Assembly: GCA_031178355.1 (NCBI GenBank)
Contig: JAPSJC010000001.1
Coordinates: 124,669 to 188,668, forward strand
Length of the DNA: 64,000 bases
From: Ureibacillus sp.
GTDB lineage: Bacteria > Bacillota > Bacilli > Bacillales_A > Planococcaceae
Direction of reading: 5' to 3'
Positions within the stretch are counted from its first letter, which is position 1, and the number at the start of each line of letters is the position of its first letter. The position numbers and the translations under genes are program-made. Shown piece after piece: positions 10,209-20,218 of this stretch. Under the pieces are notes generated by a model that saw only the letters and a program-made list of their open reading frames with translations, was not told the origin of the DNA and did no database searches.

Positions 10209-11468
10209 ATGTTCTTTTCATTAATTAAAAAACAATTTAAAGTTTTTTTACGTAACCCTTCCGAATTATTATTACTACTTGTAATGCCGATAGGTTTAAT
10301 CATCATATTAAGTTTTGCTTTAGGTTCTTTGTGGGGTGGTAGTAATGGGGAAACTATGGAGATTGAAATAGCCGTTATACAACATGAAGATGAGTTAAAA
10401 CAATTTCAAAATTTCATAGTAGAAGCCAAACAAACAATCCCGATGACCGAACCACTACTTGAAAGCATGAAATCAATGTTGCCTGTTTCAATTTTACTGG
10501 ATCAAGTTCTAAATAATGGTGAAACACAAGAGTTTGTAAAGGTGACTAAGCTTGAAAAGAGTGATTTAGAGGATGCTAGAAATGGGGGTAACTACAATGC
10601 AATTATCGAAATTCCAGAAGGATTTACGAATGATTATCTAACCTCAGTTTTCCTTAATAAGAATGCTCCAACTTTTCAAGTTTACTTAAATGAAAGTGAA
10701 CAAATGACTTCTGTCGTGATTCAAAATATATTAGATTACTATCAATATCAATACTCATTATTTACAGAGTTAGCTAAAAATCAATTACTTACAGAAGAGA
10801 TGACCATTCCAACACTTGATATCACTTCAAATATTAAAACTGTGGCATCAAAGGACCCAATTACATCTAGTACTTACTATACTTTTAGTATGAGTGTAAT
10901 GTTTATATTATTTCTCGCAGGTACAATTGCAAGCCATGCATATTTAGAAAAGGACTCACACATTTTTGACCGTATTATACTTGCCCAAGTAAATCCAGTA
11001 ACATATTTAGCGAGTATAGTAGTTTCTACGGTTATTTTAACTCTTTTACAAATTGGAATATTGTTCCTAGTTAGTTACTTAATCTTTAAGGTTCCATTTA
11101 CAAATTTGCATCTTTATTTATTAATTACCTTTATGTTGTCATTGGTCATTGGTGGGGTTAGTGCATTACTATCTTCTTTAAATTATAGAACTAATTCTGC
11201 TGAAGCTTCGAATATTTTCTCAAATGCATTTGTAGCGATTTTGGCATTACTCGGTGGTAGCTTCTTCAACATTAGTGGAATTTCTCCAGTACTAGCAGAA
11301 ATCGGCTTGTGGGTTCCGAATGGAGCTGCGCTAGAAGGATACTTAAAGCTCGTCCAAGATGGTTCTTTTAGTAGTATTCAGTCCATTATCACTAATCTAG
11401 GAATACAGGCATTTATACTAATTCTAGTCGCATTTCTTTTGTTCCCGAAAAGAGGTGGTATTGCATGA
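10209..11468 (+). CDS. ABC-2 exporter permease (LnrM-like)
   Basis: N-terminal TM, large extracytoplasmic loop, 5 C-terminal TMs; AGGAGG RBS before ATG 10209. Confidence 0.85.
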   Translation: MFFSLIKKQFKVFLRNPSELLLLLVMPIGLIIILSFALGSLWGGSNGETMEIEIAVIQHEDELKQFQNFIVEAKQTIPMTEPLLESMKSMLPVSILLDQVLNNGETQEFVKVTKLEKSDLEDARNGGNYNAIIEIPEGFTNDYLTSVFLNKNAPTFQVYLNESEQMTSVVIQNILDYYQYQYSLFTELAKNQLLTEEMTIPTLDITSNIKTVASKDPITSSTYYTFSMSVMFILFLAGTIASHAYLEKDSHIFDRIILAQVNPVTYLASIVVSTVILTLLQIGILFLVSYLIFKVPFTNLHLYLLITFMLSLVIGGVSALLSSLNYRTNSAEASNIFSNAFVAILALLGGSFFNISGISPVLAEIGLWVPNGAALEGYLKLVQDGSFSSIQSIITNLGIQAFILILVAFLLFPKRGGIA

Positions 11469-12571
11469 TCGATATTTTGAAAACAAAGTTCTTGTTATTA
11501 GCACGTCAACCAGCTAGTTATATCATTATTACAATTGTCATTTGTGTGTTTGCATTTGTACTAGGTTTAGGACAACAGGCAAAAATACCGATTGCAGTAT
11601 ATTCTAATTTAAATGAAAACTTAACAATTGATATAGTTGATAAACTAAATGAATTACCTAATACTCAATTTATAATTTATGAAGAACTAGAAGCTTTAGG
11701 TATGGTTGAGAATGGAGAAGTTGATGTAGCCATTTTATTGAATCAAATTGGATTTGATTTAATAATTGCTCCTGATTATTTGGAAGCTTCAATCTTACAA
11801 AATCAGTTGACAACAATCTATGGAGAAGTCATGCAAAAGCAAGCTATAGTAGAATCTTTTCCTTCTAATATCCAATCACATGTTGATAGTGTATTAAATG
11901 AAGCTGAAAAGTCACCGAGTTTCCATATAAGTTATTCAAATTTTTCTAATAATGATGACTTTATTTGGGATGCGAAATTGCAAAGTTTATTTGGATTTTC
12001 ATTATATATGGTGATTTATACCATTGCTAATGGTGTTTATCATATCGTTATAGAAAGACGGAAAAATATTTGGGATCGGCTTACGATTTCATCTATTAGT
12101 AAATGGCAAGTCTACCTTGCAAATTTAATTTATAGCTTCTTGCTTGGATATATTCAAGTTGCAATTGTCTTAGCGATATTCCATTTTGGAGTAGGGGTTA
12201 ATTTTTATGGTGGTTTTAGTAATACACTTTTAGTAATTATTCCTTATTTACTATGTGTAGTAGCATTATCTATCTTTGTTGCTTCTATATCAAATACACC
12301 AGGTAAGTTTAATGTCTATATATCGGTTTTGGCTGTACCTATTGCGATGATTGGGGGCGGATTCTGGCCACTAGAAATAGTTAGTTCTGAAATCATGCAA
12401 ACCATATCTTTTATTTCTCCAATCCGATATGGTATGGAACTTTTGTATGGCGTAACACTAAATAATGTTCCATTTAGTGAAACACTTGCCCCAATTAGCG
12501 TTTTGTTATTCATGACGGTCTTGTTAATGGGGTTAGGGATAAACTTGTTAGAAAAAAAAGAACAAAGATAA
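11465..12571 (+). CDS. ABC-2 exporter permease (LnrN-like)
   Basis: Same topology; GGGFWPLEIV motif; ATGA overlap. Confidence 0.85.
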   Translation: MIDILKTKFLLLARQPASYIIITIVICVFAFVLGLGQQAKIPIAVYSNLNENLTIDIVDKLNELPNTQFIIYEELEALGMVENGEVDVAILLNQIGFDLIIAPDYLEASILQNQLTTIYGEVMQKQAIVESFPSNIQSHVDSVLNEAEKSPSFHISYSNFSNNDDFIWDAKLQSLFGFSLYMVIYTIANGVYHIVIERRKNIWDRLTISSISKWQVYLANLIYSFLLGYIQVAIVLAIFHFGVGVNFYGGFSNTLLVIIPYLLCVVALSIFVASISNTPGKFNVYISVLAVPIAMIGGGFWPLEIVSSEIMQTISFISPIRYGMELLYGVTLNNVPFSETLAPISVLLFMTVLLMGLGINLLEKKEQR

Positions 12572-12577
12572 GCAACG

Positions 12578-12606
12578 AAAAGAGAGTGCAGTGCTCTCTT
12601 TTTTTT
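12578..12606 (+). terminator. Intrinsic terminator
   Basis: AAAAGAGAG/CTCTCTTTT hairpin with T tract. Confidence 0.7.
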
Positions 12607-12651
12607 ATTTTAATGGAATGTTTGGAATACGTAATGAAATGAGGGGCAAAT

Positions 12652-12680
12652 CGAAACCTATTAATAAAATTTCCGTCTAA
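12652..12680 (+). promoter_or_regulatory. Putative ECF sigma (SigM/W/X-type) promoter of pbpA
   Basis: cGAAAC-N16-CGTCTAA. Confidence 0.55.
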
Positions 12681-12782
12681 TTGATAGGCTTAGACTTCTT
12701 TTGAATTAATTCAACAAATGATATACTATAATGCATGAATTGTGAATAATTGATTCAGTTTAAAATGGAAAGGAGGAATCTT

Positions 12783-14996
12783 ATGAGGAAAATGCCTAAA
12801 AACAATCGAGCTTCTAGTGTAAAAGCAAAGTATCGTGCAAATTTATCTTTTCGTATGAATGTCTTATTTTTTTCTATCTTTATTTTATTCTCACTTTTGA
12901 TCTTCCGTTTAGGATATATACAGATTGTTAAAGGAGAGGATTATGTTCGTGCTATTGAAAGAACAGAAGAAATATCGGTTAATACAAGTGTAGCGCGGGG
13001 TAGAATTTATGATCGTTATGGTAGAATCCTTGTTGATAACGAACCGGAAAATGCTATTACATATACGAAGATGCCTAGTACAACCTCTAGTGAAATGCTT
13101 CGTATAGCTCAACAGCTTGCGATGCTAATTGAACAACCAACCGATCGTATTACATATCGTGATAAACTAGATTTTTGGATTTTGCACAATAAGGATGAAG
13201 CCTATGCAAAAGTATCTAAAGATGAAGAGGCTGCTTTGCGCGCGAATGAGGAACTTGATTCAAAACAAATACAATCAGAAATTGATCGTTTAGTTCGTGA
13301 ACGTATAACGGATGAAGAATTAGCGCAGCTAACTGAACAGGACCTTGAGGTGTTGGCAATATACCGTGAAATGACATCTGGTTATAGTCTATCCCCTCAA
13401 ATTATTAAAAACGAGAATGTTACTCCCGAAGAATTTGCTCGAGTTTCTGAACGTTTACCTGATTTACCAGGCGTTAATACGACAACTGATTGGAGACGAG
13501 TGAAACTAACTTCACTTTCAATTCTCGGAAGAACAACTGTGCCAAGTAAAGGGATTCCGTTAACTAAGCTGAATTACTTCCTTGCAAGAGATTATTCACG
13601 TAATGATCGTGTAGGTGAAAGTTATTTTGAAGCACAATATGAGGAATTGCTGCAAGGTAAAAAGTCGGTAGTAAAAAATATCACCAACAAACAAGGAGTT
13701 GTTGTCGATACCGTTACAACCTACGAAGGGGAACCGGGTAATGATCTGGTGACAACAATTGATATTGAACTACAGTTAGAAGCAGAGCGAATCGTTGAAG
13801 AAAAGTTACTAGACTTAAAGTCATATAGTGGTTCACAATTACTCGATAGAGCTTTCTTTGTTATGATGAACCCGAATACAGGTGAAATTTTGTCAATGGT
13901 TGGAAAGAAAATTGAAACTGACCCTGATACAGGTAAAGACTATATTGTTGATTACTCATATGGAACGTTTACGACAGCGTACGAAGCCGGTTCAACTATA
14001 AAGGCTGCGACAATTCTGATGGGTTATAAAGAAGGTGTCATTTCACCTGGAACAACATTAATTGACCAACCAATTAAACTATTAAATACAGAAGTGAAAA
14101 GTTCCATATTTAACCGATCAGGTGCAATACCTATGTCTGATGTTAAAGCATTAGAAAGATCGTCAAACTCTTACATGTTCCAAATTGCAATGCTTATGGG
14201 TGGTACGAATTACTCTTATAACATGCCGCTTATTATTAGAGACGATACATTACTAAGAATGCGTAATGGTTACGCAGAATTTGGACTTGGTGTTAACACA
14301 GGAGTAGATTTACCAGGGGAATTTTCAGGTTTCAAAGGTGTTCCTGACAATCCTGGGGTAGTATTAAACCAAGCTATTGGACAATATGACACTTATACTA
14401 CATTGCAACTTGCACAATACATTTCAACTGTTGCAAATGGTGGTTATCGTGTACAGCCAAGAATGTTAAAAGAAGTACGTGAACCTTCTGAAGATGGTCT
14501 AAAGCTAGGACCTCTAATTGAAGAAGTAACACCTAATGTACTAAATCGTATTTCAAATAATGTAGACGAACTCCAACAAGTAAAAGAAGGGTTACGTCAA
14601 GTTTATATTGGTCCGCAAGGTTCAGCTCGTGGAGCATTTAGTAATGCCCCTTATACAGCTGCTGGTAAAACTGGTACAGCTGAGGTTGTATACTATGGCC
14701 CAATTCGAGACGAATGGCGTACTCAAACTGTTAATTTAACGCATGTTGGATTTGCTCCTTATAACAACCCAGAGGTTGCCTATGCAGTGATGATACCCTG
14801 GGTAACGACTAATTTTAATATATACCAACCGCATAATAATGAAATTGCTAGAGAAATTTTAGACGTATATTTTGAACTTAAAGAGAAATATGCAGAGAAT
14901 GGCATTTCATCTCATTCTGTTGAACAAAAAATATTACCTCCGACAACAGATGAGAAGATAGATGAAGAAACAGAGGAACAATTAGTAAACGAATAA
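12783..14996 (+). CDS. pbpA: Class B penicillin-binding protein (PBP2a/YqgF)
   Basis: RGRIYDRYG dimerisation motif; STIK, SSN, KTG transpeptidase motifs; upstream of pstS as in B. subtilis; AAGGAGG RBS. Confidence 0.88.
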   Translation: MRKMPKNNRASSVKAKYRANLSFRMNVLFFSIFILFSLLIFRLGYIQIVKGEDYVRAIERTEEISVNTSVARGRIYDRYGRILVDNEPENAITYTKMPSTTSSEMLRIAQQLAMLIEQPTDRITYRDKLDFWILHNKDEAYAKVSKDEEAALRANEELDSKQIQSEIDRLVRERITDEELAQLTEQDLEVLAIYREMTSGYSLSPQIIKNENVTPEEFARVSERLPDLPGVNTTTDWRRVKLTSLSILGRTTVPSKGIPLTKLNYFLARDYSRNDRVGESYFEAQYEELLQGKKSVVKNITNKQGVVVDTVTTYEGEPGNDLVTTIDIELQLEAERIVEEKLLDLKSYSGSQLLDRAFFVMMNPNTGEILSMVGKKIETDPDTGKDYIVDYSYGTFTTAYEAGSTIKAATILMGYKEGVISPGTTLIDQPIKLLNTEVKSSIFNRSGAIPMSDVKALERSSNSYMFQIAMLMGGTNYSYNMPLIIRDDTLLRMRNGYAEFGLGVNTGVDLPGEFSGFKGVPDNPGVVLNQAIGQYDTYTTLQLAQYISTVANGGYRVQPRMLKEVREPSEDGLKLGPLIEEVTPNVLNRISNNVDELQQVKEGLRQVYIGPQGSARGAFSNAPYTAAGKTGTAEVVYYGPIRDEWRTQTVNLTHVGFAPYNNPEVAYAVMIPWVTTNFNIYQPHNNEIAREILDVYFELKEKYAENGISSHSVEQKILPPTTDEKIDEETEEQLVNE

Positions 14997-14999
14997 TAG

Positions 15000-15034
15000 A
15001 AAAAAGACTCAAAAAAATTTTTTTGAGTCTTTTT
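15000..15034 (+). terminator. Intrinsic terminator
   Basis: AAAAAGACTCAAAAAAA/TTTTTTTGAGTCTTTTT inverted repeat. Confidence 0.75.
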
Positions 15035-15177
15035 ATTTTTTTCTTATCTATACATTTTAAGCTGTAAGAAATCTAAGTAATTGTAAGTATAACAGTAGTT
15101 GAACAACATATAATATATGTAAATAAGGTTTAAATTATGTTCATAAACAATAAAAAATATGCAAAAAAACTCTACGA

Positions 15178-15216
15178 TTTACAATTTCTTAACAATCTGT
15201 TTATATAACATCAACA
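15178..15216 (+). promoter_or_regulatory. Pho box (four PhoP-type hexamers)
   Basis: TTTACA 15178, TTAACA 15189, TTTATA 15200, TCAACA 15211: exact 11-bp period, matching the TT(A/T/C)ACA PhoP repeat, upstream of pstS. Confidence 0.8.
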
Positions 15217-15278
15217 TAAAACCTTTATATTTTTATCTGTAAGACAACTTACTATGAAATTTATGGAGGAAATAAAAC

Positions 15279-16259
15279 ATGAAAAAATGGAAGTACTTAA
15301 CGATGACAGCTGTAGTTGGTTCAGCTTTATTATTAGGAGCATGTGGATCAAACGAAGCTGGCGAAACAGAAACTGATACGAACACAGAAACTAACACAGG
15401 TTCTGATACTACTAATAACGAAGCTGCAAAATTATCAGGTTCAGTAGTAGGAGATGGTTCATCTACAGTAGCTCCAATTTCTGAAGCTCTTGTTGAATTA
15501 TATTCTGGTGAACAACCAGACGTAAAAGTATCTGTTGGTGTATCGGGTTCAGGTGGTGGTTTTGAGAAATTCATCGCTGGTGAAACGGATTTCTCTAACG
15601 CATCTCGTCCAATTAAAGAAGAAGAAATTGCTGCTTTAGAAGAAGCAGGTATTGATTACACAGAATTTACAGTTGCTTTTGACGGATTAACAGTTGTACT
15701 TAACCCAGAAAACACTTGGGCTACTGATTTAACAGTTGAACAATTAAAACAAATTTGGATCGAAGATGGAGCAGCTAAAAAATGGTCAGACATCGACCCA
15801 TCTTGGCCAGCTGAAGAAATCGTATACTACGCACCAGGTACAGACTCTGGTACTTATGACTATTTCGATGAAGTTATTTTAGATGGTTCTGACTTAGTAC
15901 AATCTGCTCAATTATCTGAAGATGATAACATTATTGTACAAGGTGTTGCAGGTGATAAAAACGCAATCGGATTCTTCGGTTATGCTTATTACTTAGAAAA
16001 CCAAGATAAATTAACTGCTGCAAAAATTAACGGTGTAGAACCAAATAATGAAACAATTGAAAACGGTGAATATTCTCCACTATCTCGTCCATTATTTGTA
16101 TACGCTAAGCATACTGCTCTACAAGAAAACGAAGCATTCTTTGATTTCATGAAATTCACATTAGAAAACGCTGGTGACATGGCTGAAGCAGTAGGTTATG
16201 TACGCTTACCAGATGAAATGTACCAAGAAGCATTAACAACTTTAGAAGGCTTAAAATAA
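15279..16259 (+). CDS. pstS: Phosphate ABC transporter substrate-binding lipoprotein
   Basis: Lipobox LLGAC; DGSSTVAP, GSGGG, ASR, SGT motifs. Confidence 0.95.
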   Translation: MKKWKYLTMTAVVGSALLLGACGSNEAGETETDTNTETNTGSDTTNNEAAKLSGSVVGDGSSTVAPISEALVELYSGEQPDVKVSVGVSGSGGGFEKFIAGETDFSNASRPIKEEEIAALEEAGIDYTEFTVAFDGLTVVLNPENTWATDLTVEQLKQIWIEDGAAKKWSDIDPSWPAEEIVYYAPGTDSGTYDYFDEVILDGSDLVQSAQLSEDDNIIVQGVAGDKNAIGFFGYAYYLENQDKLTAAKINGVEPNNETIENGEYSPLSRPLFVYAKHTALQENEAFFDFMKFTLENAGDMAEAVGYVRLPDEMYQEALTTLEGLK

Positions 16260-16288
16260 GAATTTAACTTTATAAACTAGATTTTTAA

Positions 16289-16321
16289 AAATGTGTGGGT
16301 AAATCTAGCGCCCACACATTT
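16289..16321 (+). terminator. Hairpin between pstS and pstC (partial terminator or mRNA stabiliser)
   Basis: AAATGTGTGGG...CCCACACATTT inverted repeat. Confidence 0.6.
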
Positions 16322-16349
16322 CTCACGTGTATAGAAGGGAGTTTACATC

Positions 16350-17297
16350 ATGGCTTCTCAAGGTTCAGGGAACGGTCAATCGATTCAAGATATGATCGCA
16401 AAGTCTCGAAATAGTAAAGGTAAAAAAATCACAGAAAAATTAATGCCAATTTTATTATTTATTGCTGCATTGATTTCGGTATTAACAACAATTGGAATAG
16501 TTTTTACATTAATATTCGAGACCTTTGAATTTTTTCAGAGAGTATCAATTACAGATTACTTATTCGGTACTAATTGGTTTCCATTCTCAGGAAACAATCC
16601 AACATTCGGTGTATTACCTTTAATATTAGGTACATTAAAAATTACAGTGATAGCAATAATTGTTGCGGTACCTATAGGTTTGGCTGCTGCTATTTATCTA
16701 AGTGAGTATGCTTCCGATAAAGCACGCCGTACTATTAAACCAATATTAGAAGTGCTAGCAGGCGTACCAACAATTGTTTATGGTTTCTTCGCATTAACAT
16801 TTGTGACACCAATACTACAACAATTGATACCATCACTGAAAATATTCAACGCGCTTAGCCCAGGTATTGTGGTAGGGATTATGATTATCCCTATGATTGC
16901 ATCATTATCTGAAGATGCGATGAGTTCCGTTCCAAATTCAATTCGAGAAGGTGCACTCGCTCTAGGTGCAACTAAATTCGAAGTAGCAATTAAAGTCGTA
17001 TTACCAGCTGCATTGTCTGGTATTATTTCATCAATAGTTTTAGCAGTTTCTCGTGCTCTTGGTGAAACAATGATTGTTTCACTTGCAGGGGGAGCAACAC
17101 CTACATTTAATTTTGATGTTACTGGTTCAATTCAGACGATGACTGCATATATTGTTCAGGTTTCATCCGGAGATGCTGGTTATGGAACAACAATTTACTA
17201 CTCAATCTATGCAGTAGGTTTCACACTATTTATATTTACATTAATCATGAACTTATTAGCGCATTACATTTCAAAACGCTTCAGAGAGGAGTATTAA
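16350..17297 (+). CDS. pstC: Phosphate ABC transporter permease
   Basis: LAGVPTIVYG, EAA loop REGALALGATK, RALGETM. Confidence 0.95.
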   Translation: MASQGSGNGQSIQDMIAKSRNSKGKKITEKLMPILLFIAALISVLTTIGIVFTLIFETFEFFQRVSITDYLFGTNWFPFSGNNPTFGVLPLILGTLKITVIAIIVAVPIGLAAAIYLSEYASDKARRTIKPILEVLAGVPTIVYGFFALTFVTPILQQLIPSLKIFNALSPGIVVGIMIIPMIASLSEDAMSSVPNSIREGALALGATKFEVAIKVVLPAALSGIISSIVLAVSRALGETMIVSLAGGATPTFNFDVTGSIQTMTAYIVQVSSGDAGYGTTIYYSIYAVGFTLFIFTLIMNLLAHYISKRFREEY

Positions 17298-17298
17298 T

Positions 17299-18177
17299 AT
17301 GAGATACATCGATGATACTGTCATAATGAAGCGTATGAAGACTCGGTTAAATAAAAATAGAGGTTGGAAAGCACTATTCTTTACAGGAACTTTATTTGCT
17401 TTATTGTGTTTAGTCATTTTATTAGTTCGAATCGTTTCCCAAGGCTTTGGATATTTAGATTGGGATTTTCTTACAAATTTCGCTTCGCGTTTCCCTGAGA
17501 GAGCTGGTATTAAAGCTGCTCTTATAGGATCTATTTATATGATGTCTATAGTTGCACCAGTATCAATTATTTTAGGAGTAGCAACAGCAATTTATCTAGA
17601 AGAATACGCGAAGAAAAATAAATTAAGTGATTTTATTCGCATGAATATTTCAAACCTTGCTGGTGTTCCTTCAATCGTTTTTGGGTTACTGGGTCTAACA
17701 ATTTTCGTTCGTTCGTTAGCTTTAGGTAAAAGTCTTCTTGCAGCAGGATTTACAATGAGTTTATTAATTCTTCCTGTAATTATCGTTGCTGCTCAAGAGG
17801 CAATTCGTGCAGTTCCACAAGAACAAAGGGAAGCTTCCTATGGTATGGGAGCAACAAAGTGGCAGACAATAACTCGTGTAGTATTACCAGCAGCAATACC
17901 AGGGATTTTGACAGGTAGTATCTTGGCGTTATCTCGTGCGATAGGTGAAACTGCTCCATTAGTTGTTATTGGTATTCCAGTAATTTTACAGTTCTTACCG
18001 GATAGTCCTTTTAGTGAATTTACTGCACTACCGATGCAAATTTATGATTGGGCAAAACGTCCTCAAGAAGAATTCTTGTATGTTGCCTCAGCAGGAATCA
18101 TTATCTTAATGATATTCCTTGTGATTATGAACTCTATTGCAGTTTTCATCCGCAATAAGTTCCAAAAACGATACTAA
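17299..18177 (+). CDS. pstA: Phosphate ABC transporter permease
   Basis: LAGVPSIVFG, REASYGMGAT, RAIGETAP. Confidence 0.95.
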   Translation: MRYIDDTVIMKRMKTRLNKNRGWKALFFTGTLFALLCLVILLVRIVSQGFGYLDWDFLTNFASRFPERAGIKAALIGSIYMMSIVAPVSIILGVATAIYLEEYAKKNKLSDFIRMNISNLAGVPSIVFGLLGLTIFVRSLALGKSLLAAGFTMSLLILPVIIVAAQEAIRAVPQEQREASYGMGATKWQTITRVVLPAAIPGILTGSILALSRAIGETAPLVVIGIPVILQFLPDSPFSEFTALPMQIYDWAKRPQEEFLYVASAGIIILMIFLVIMNSIAVFIRNKFQKRY

Positions 18178-18189
18178 GGAAGTGTAAAC

Positions 18190-19044
18190 GTGGTAAAGAC
18201 TATGATTAAAAATGAAAATACTATGAAAAATATTGTTCAGTCTTCTCAAAATGTCGGTGAAGAATCAATTATTATAAATGATCAAAATAAAAATACTGTA
18301 TTCGGGACAAAAAACTTTAATTTGTGGTATGGTGATCATCATGCATTAAGAGACATTAATTTGGACATCAAAGAGAATGATGTAACTGCAATTATCGGTC
18401 CTTCCGGTTGTGGTAAATCTACCTATATAAAAGCATTAAATCGTATGGTAGAATTAGTTCCAATAGTTAAAACAAATGGTGTGATTAACTATCGTGACCG
18501 TAATATTTTTGAAGCTCAATATGAAGTGGAAGAGTTACGAACGAAAGTAGGTATGGTTTTCCAGAAACCAAATCCGTTTCCAAAATCAATTTACGATAAT
18601 ATTGCGTACGGTCCACGCATCCATGGTATTAAAAATAAAAAAGTTCTTGATGAAATTGTAGAAAAATCATTAAGAGGAGCGGCAATCTGGGATGAAGTGA
18701 AAGATCGTTTAAATCAAAATGCATATGGTTTATCTGGTGGTCAGCAACAACGTATTTGTATAGCCCGTTGTCTTGCAATTGAACCTGATGTTATCCTAAT
18801 GGATGAACCAACATCAGCTCTTGATCCAATTTCTACACTAAAGGTAGAAGAATTAGTTCAAGAATTAAAAGACAATTATTCAATTATCATTGTTACCCAT
18901 AACATGCAACAAGCTGCCCGTATATCTGATAAAACTGCATTTTTCTTGAATGGTGAAGTAGTGGAGTTCGATAATACTGATAAAATCTTCTCTACGCCGA
19001 CAGATCAACGTACTGAAGATTATATTTCAGGTCGCTTCGGTTGA
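18190..19044 (+). CDS. pstB: Phosphate ABC transporter ATPase
   Basis: [26 protein letters not shown]-terminal YISGRFG. Confidence 0.95.
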   Translation: MVKTMIKNENTMKNIVQSSQNVGEESIIINDQNKNTVFGTKNFNLWYGDHHALRDINLDIKENDVTAIIGPSGCGKSTYIKALNRMVELVPIVKTNGVINYRDRNIFEAQYEVEELRTKVGMVFQKPNPFPKSIYDNIAYGPRIHGIKNKKVLDEIVEKSLRGAAIWDEVKDRLNQNAYGLSGGQQQRICIARCLAIEPDVILMDEPTSALDPISTLKVEELVQELKDNYSIIIVTHNMQQAARISDKTAFFLNGEVVEFDNTDKIFSTPTDQRTEDYISGRFG

Positions 19045-19063
19045 TTTAAGGAGGATTGTGTTT

Positions 19064-19723
19064 ATGAGTGTTCGCGAACGTTTTCAGCATGAGATGGAGT
19101 CAGTACAAAAGGATTTTCTAACGTTATGTGATCAAAGTATCGGAAGATTAGAAGAAGCATTTACAGCTTTCATTAACAAGGATATTGAAGCTGCTCAAAA
19201 AATAGTTAAACGTGATGCTGAAATCAATCGATTTGAGGAAGGTATCAATGATCGCGTGATTTTATTATTAACTCGACAACAGCCAGTTGCTACTGATTTA
19301 CGCCGTTTAATTGTACTCTTAAAAGCAGCATCGGATATGGAACGTGTTGGAGACTATGCAGTAAATATCGCAAAAGAAACAATTCATATCGCTAATGAGC
19401 CGTTTATTACTTCTGTTGAACTGCTAGAAGATATGTGTTTTAAAGCAACAAATATGTTAAGACAAATTGTTGGGGCATTCGTTGAAGAAAACACAACAAA
19501 AGCAAAAGAATTAGCAGAATTAGACGACCAAGTTGATGAAATGTACGGAAATATGATTCAACATTTAATAAAACTTTCGAGTGTTAAACCGGAAAGTATT
19601 TCACAAATCATCTACTTATCATTTATAAGTAGATATATTGAACGATGTGCAGATCTTGCAACAAACATCGCGGAATACTTACTTTACTTGAAAAAGGGTC
19701 AACGATTCGATTTAAATAGTTAA
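19064..19723 (+). CDS. phoU: Phosphate signalling protein PhoU
   Basis: QPVATDLR, ERVGDYA.NIA, ERCADLATNIAE repeats; AAGGAGG RBS. Confidence 0.95.
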   Translation: MSVRERFQHEMESVQKDFLTLCDQSIGRLEEAFTAFINKDIEAAQKIVKRDAEINRFEEGINDRVILLLTRQQPVATDLRRLIVLLKAASDMERVGDYAVNIAKETIHIANEPFITSVELLEDMCFKATNMLRQIVGAFVEENTTKAKELAELDDQVDEMYGNMIQHLIKLSSVKPESISQIIYLSFISRYIERCADLATNIAEYLLYLKKGQRFDLNS

Positions 19724-19728
19724 TAGAA

Positions 19729-19764
19729 AAGGGTGTTCTGAAAGAAAGACTTCAGAACACCCTT
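19729..19764 (+). terminator. Hairpin terminator after phoU
   Basis: AAGGGTGTTCTGAA/TTCAGAACACCCTT. Confidence 0.7.
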
Positions 19765-19934
19765 ATAATTATGTATTCATATGCAGAATCCCATATTTCT
19801 TTGTTAAAGCTTTATCCAAATGAGGAGTCCAATAAAGGTGAAATACTTTACGAACAGGTAATATAATTTTATTTTTGAATTTATTTGAATAGTTAATCTA
19901 TATGGTTTAAAATATATGTAATTAAATATTTTTA

Positions 19935-20168
19935 GCAATGATGAAAAAGAGTAATATTATGAAATGTTTTAGAGAGCTAGCGGGTGGTGGAAGCTAGTAC
20001 GTAACATAATATGAATGGGCTTTCTAGCTACTAGTACTGAAATAGTAGTAAGTACTGGCGTTTCGTAACGTTATTACAGTTAAAGTGGACTAAATCAGTT
20101 ATTTAGATTTAGTCAATGAAGGTGGCACCACGGCTTTTCCGTCCTTTTGTGACGGAAAGCCTTTTTTA
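19935..20168 (+). ncRNA. Tryptophan T-box riboswitch
   Basis: AGAGA bulge, GGTGGAA apical loop, specifier GAA-TGG (Trp codon, 20016-20018), stem II AGTA, T-box AAGGTGGCACCACGG (20119-20133), terminator GGCTTTTCCGTC/GACGGAAAGCC plus T tract. Confidence 0.92.
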
Positions 20169-20218
20169 TTTTTTTATATTAGTTTAGTTGAGACTAGCCT
20201 GAGGGGAGATAGTAGAGC

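Noticed and set aside
15362-15420. Short repeats (GAAACAGAAACT / ACAGAAACT) in pstS
   Set aside because: Encode the ordinary Thr/Glu/Asn low-complexity lipoprotein linker; not an array.
19771-19866. 31-codon ORF (MYSYAESHISLLKLYPNEESNKGEILYEQVI) with faint ABC-ATPase-like GEILY
   Set aside because: No RBS and too short to support a gene or remnant call without a search.
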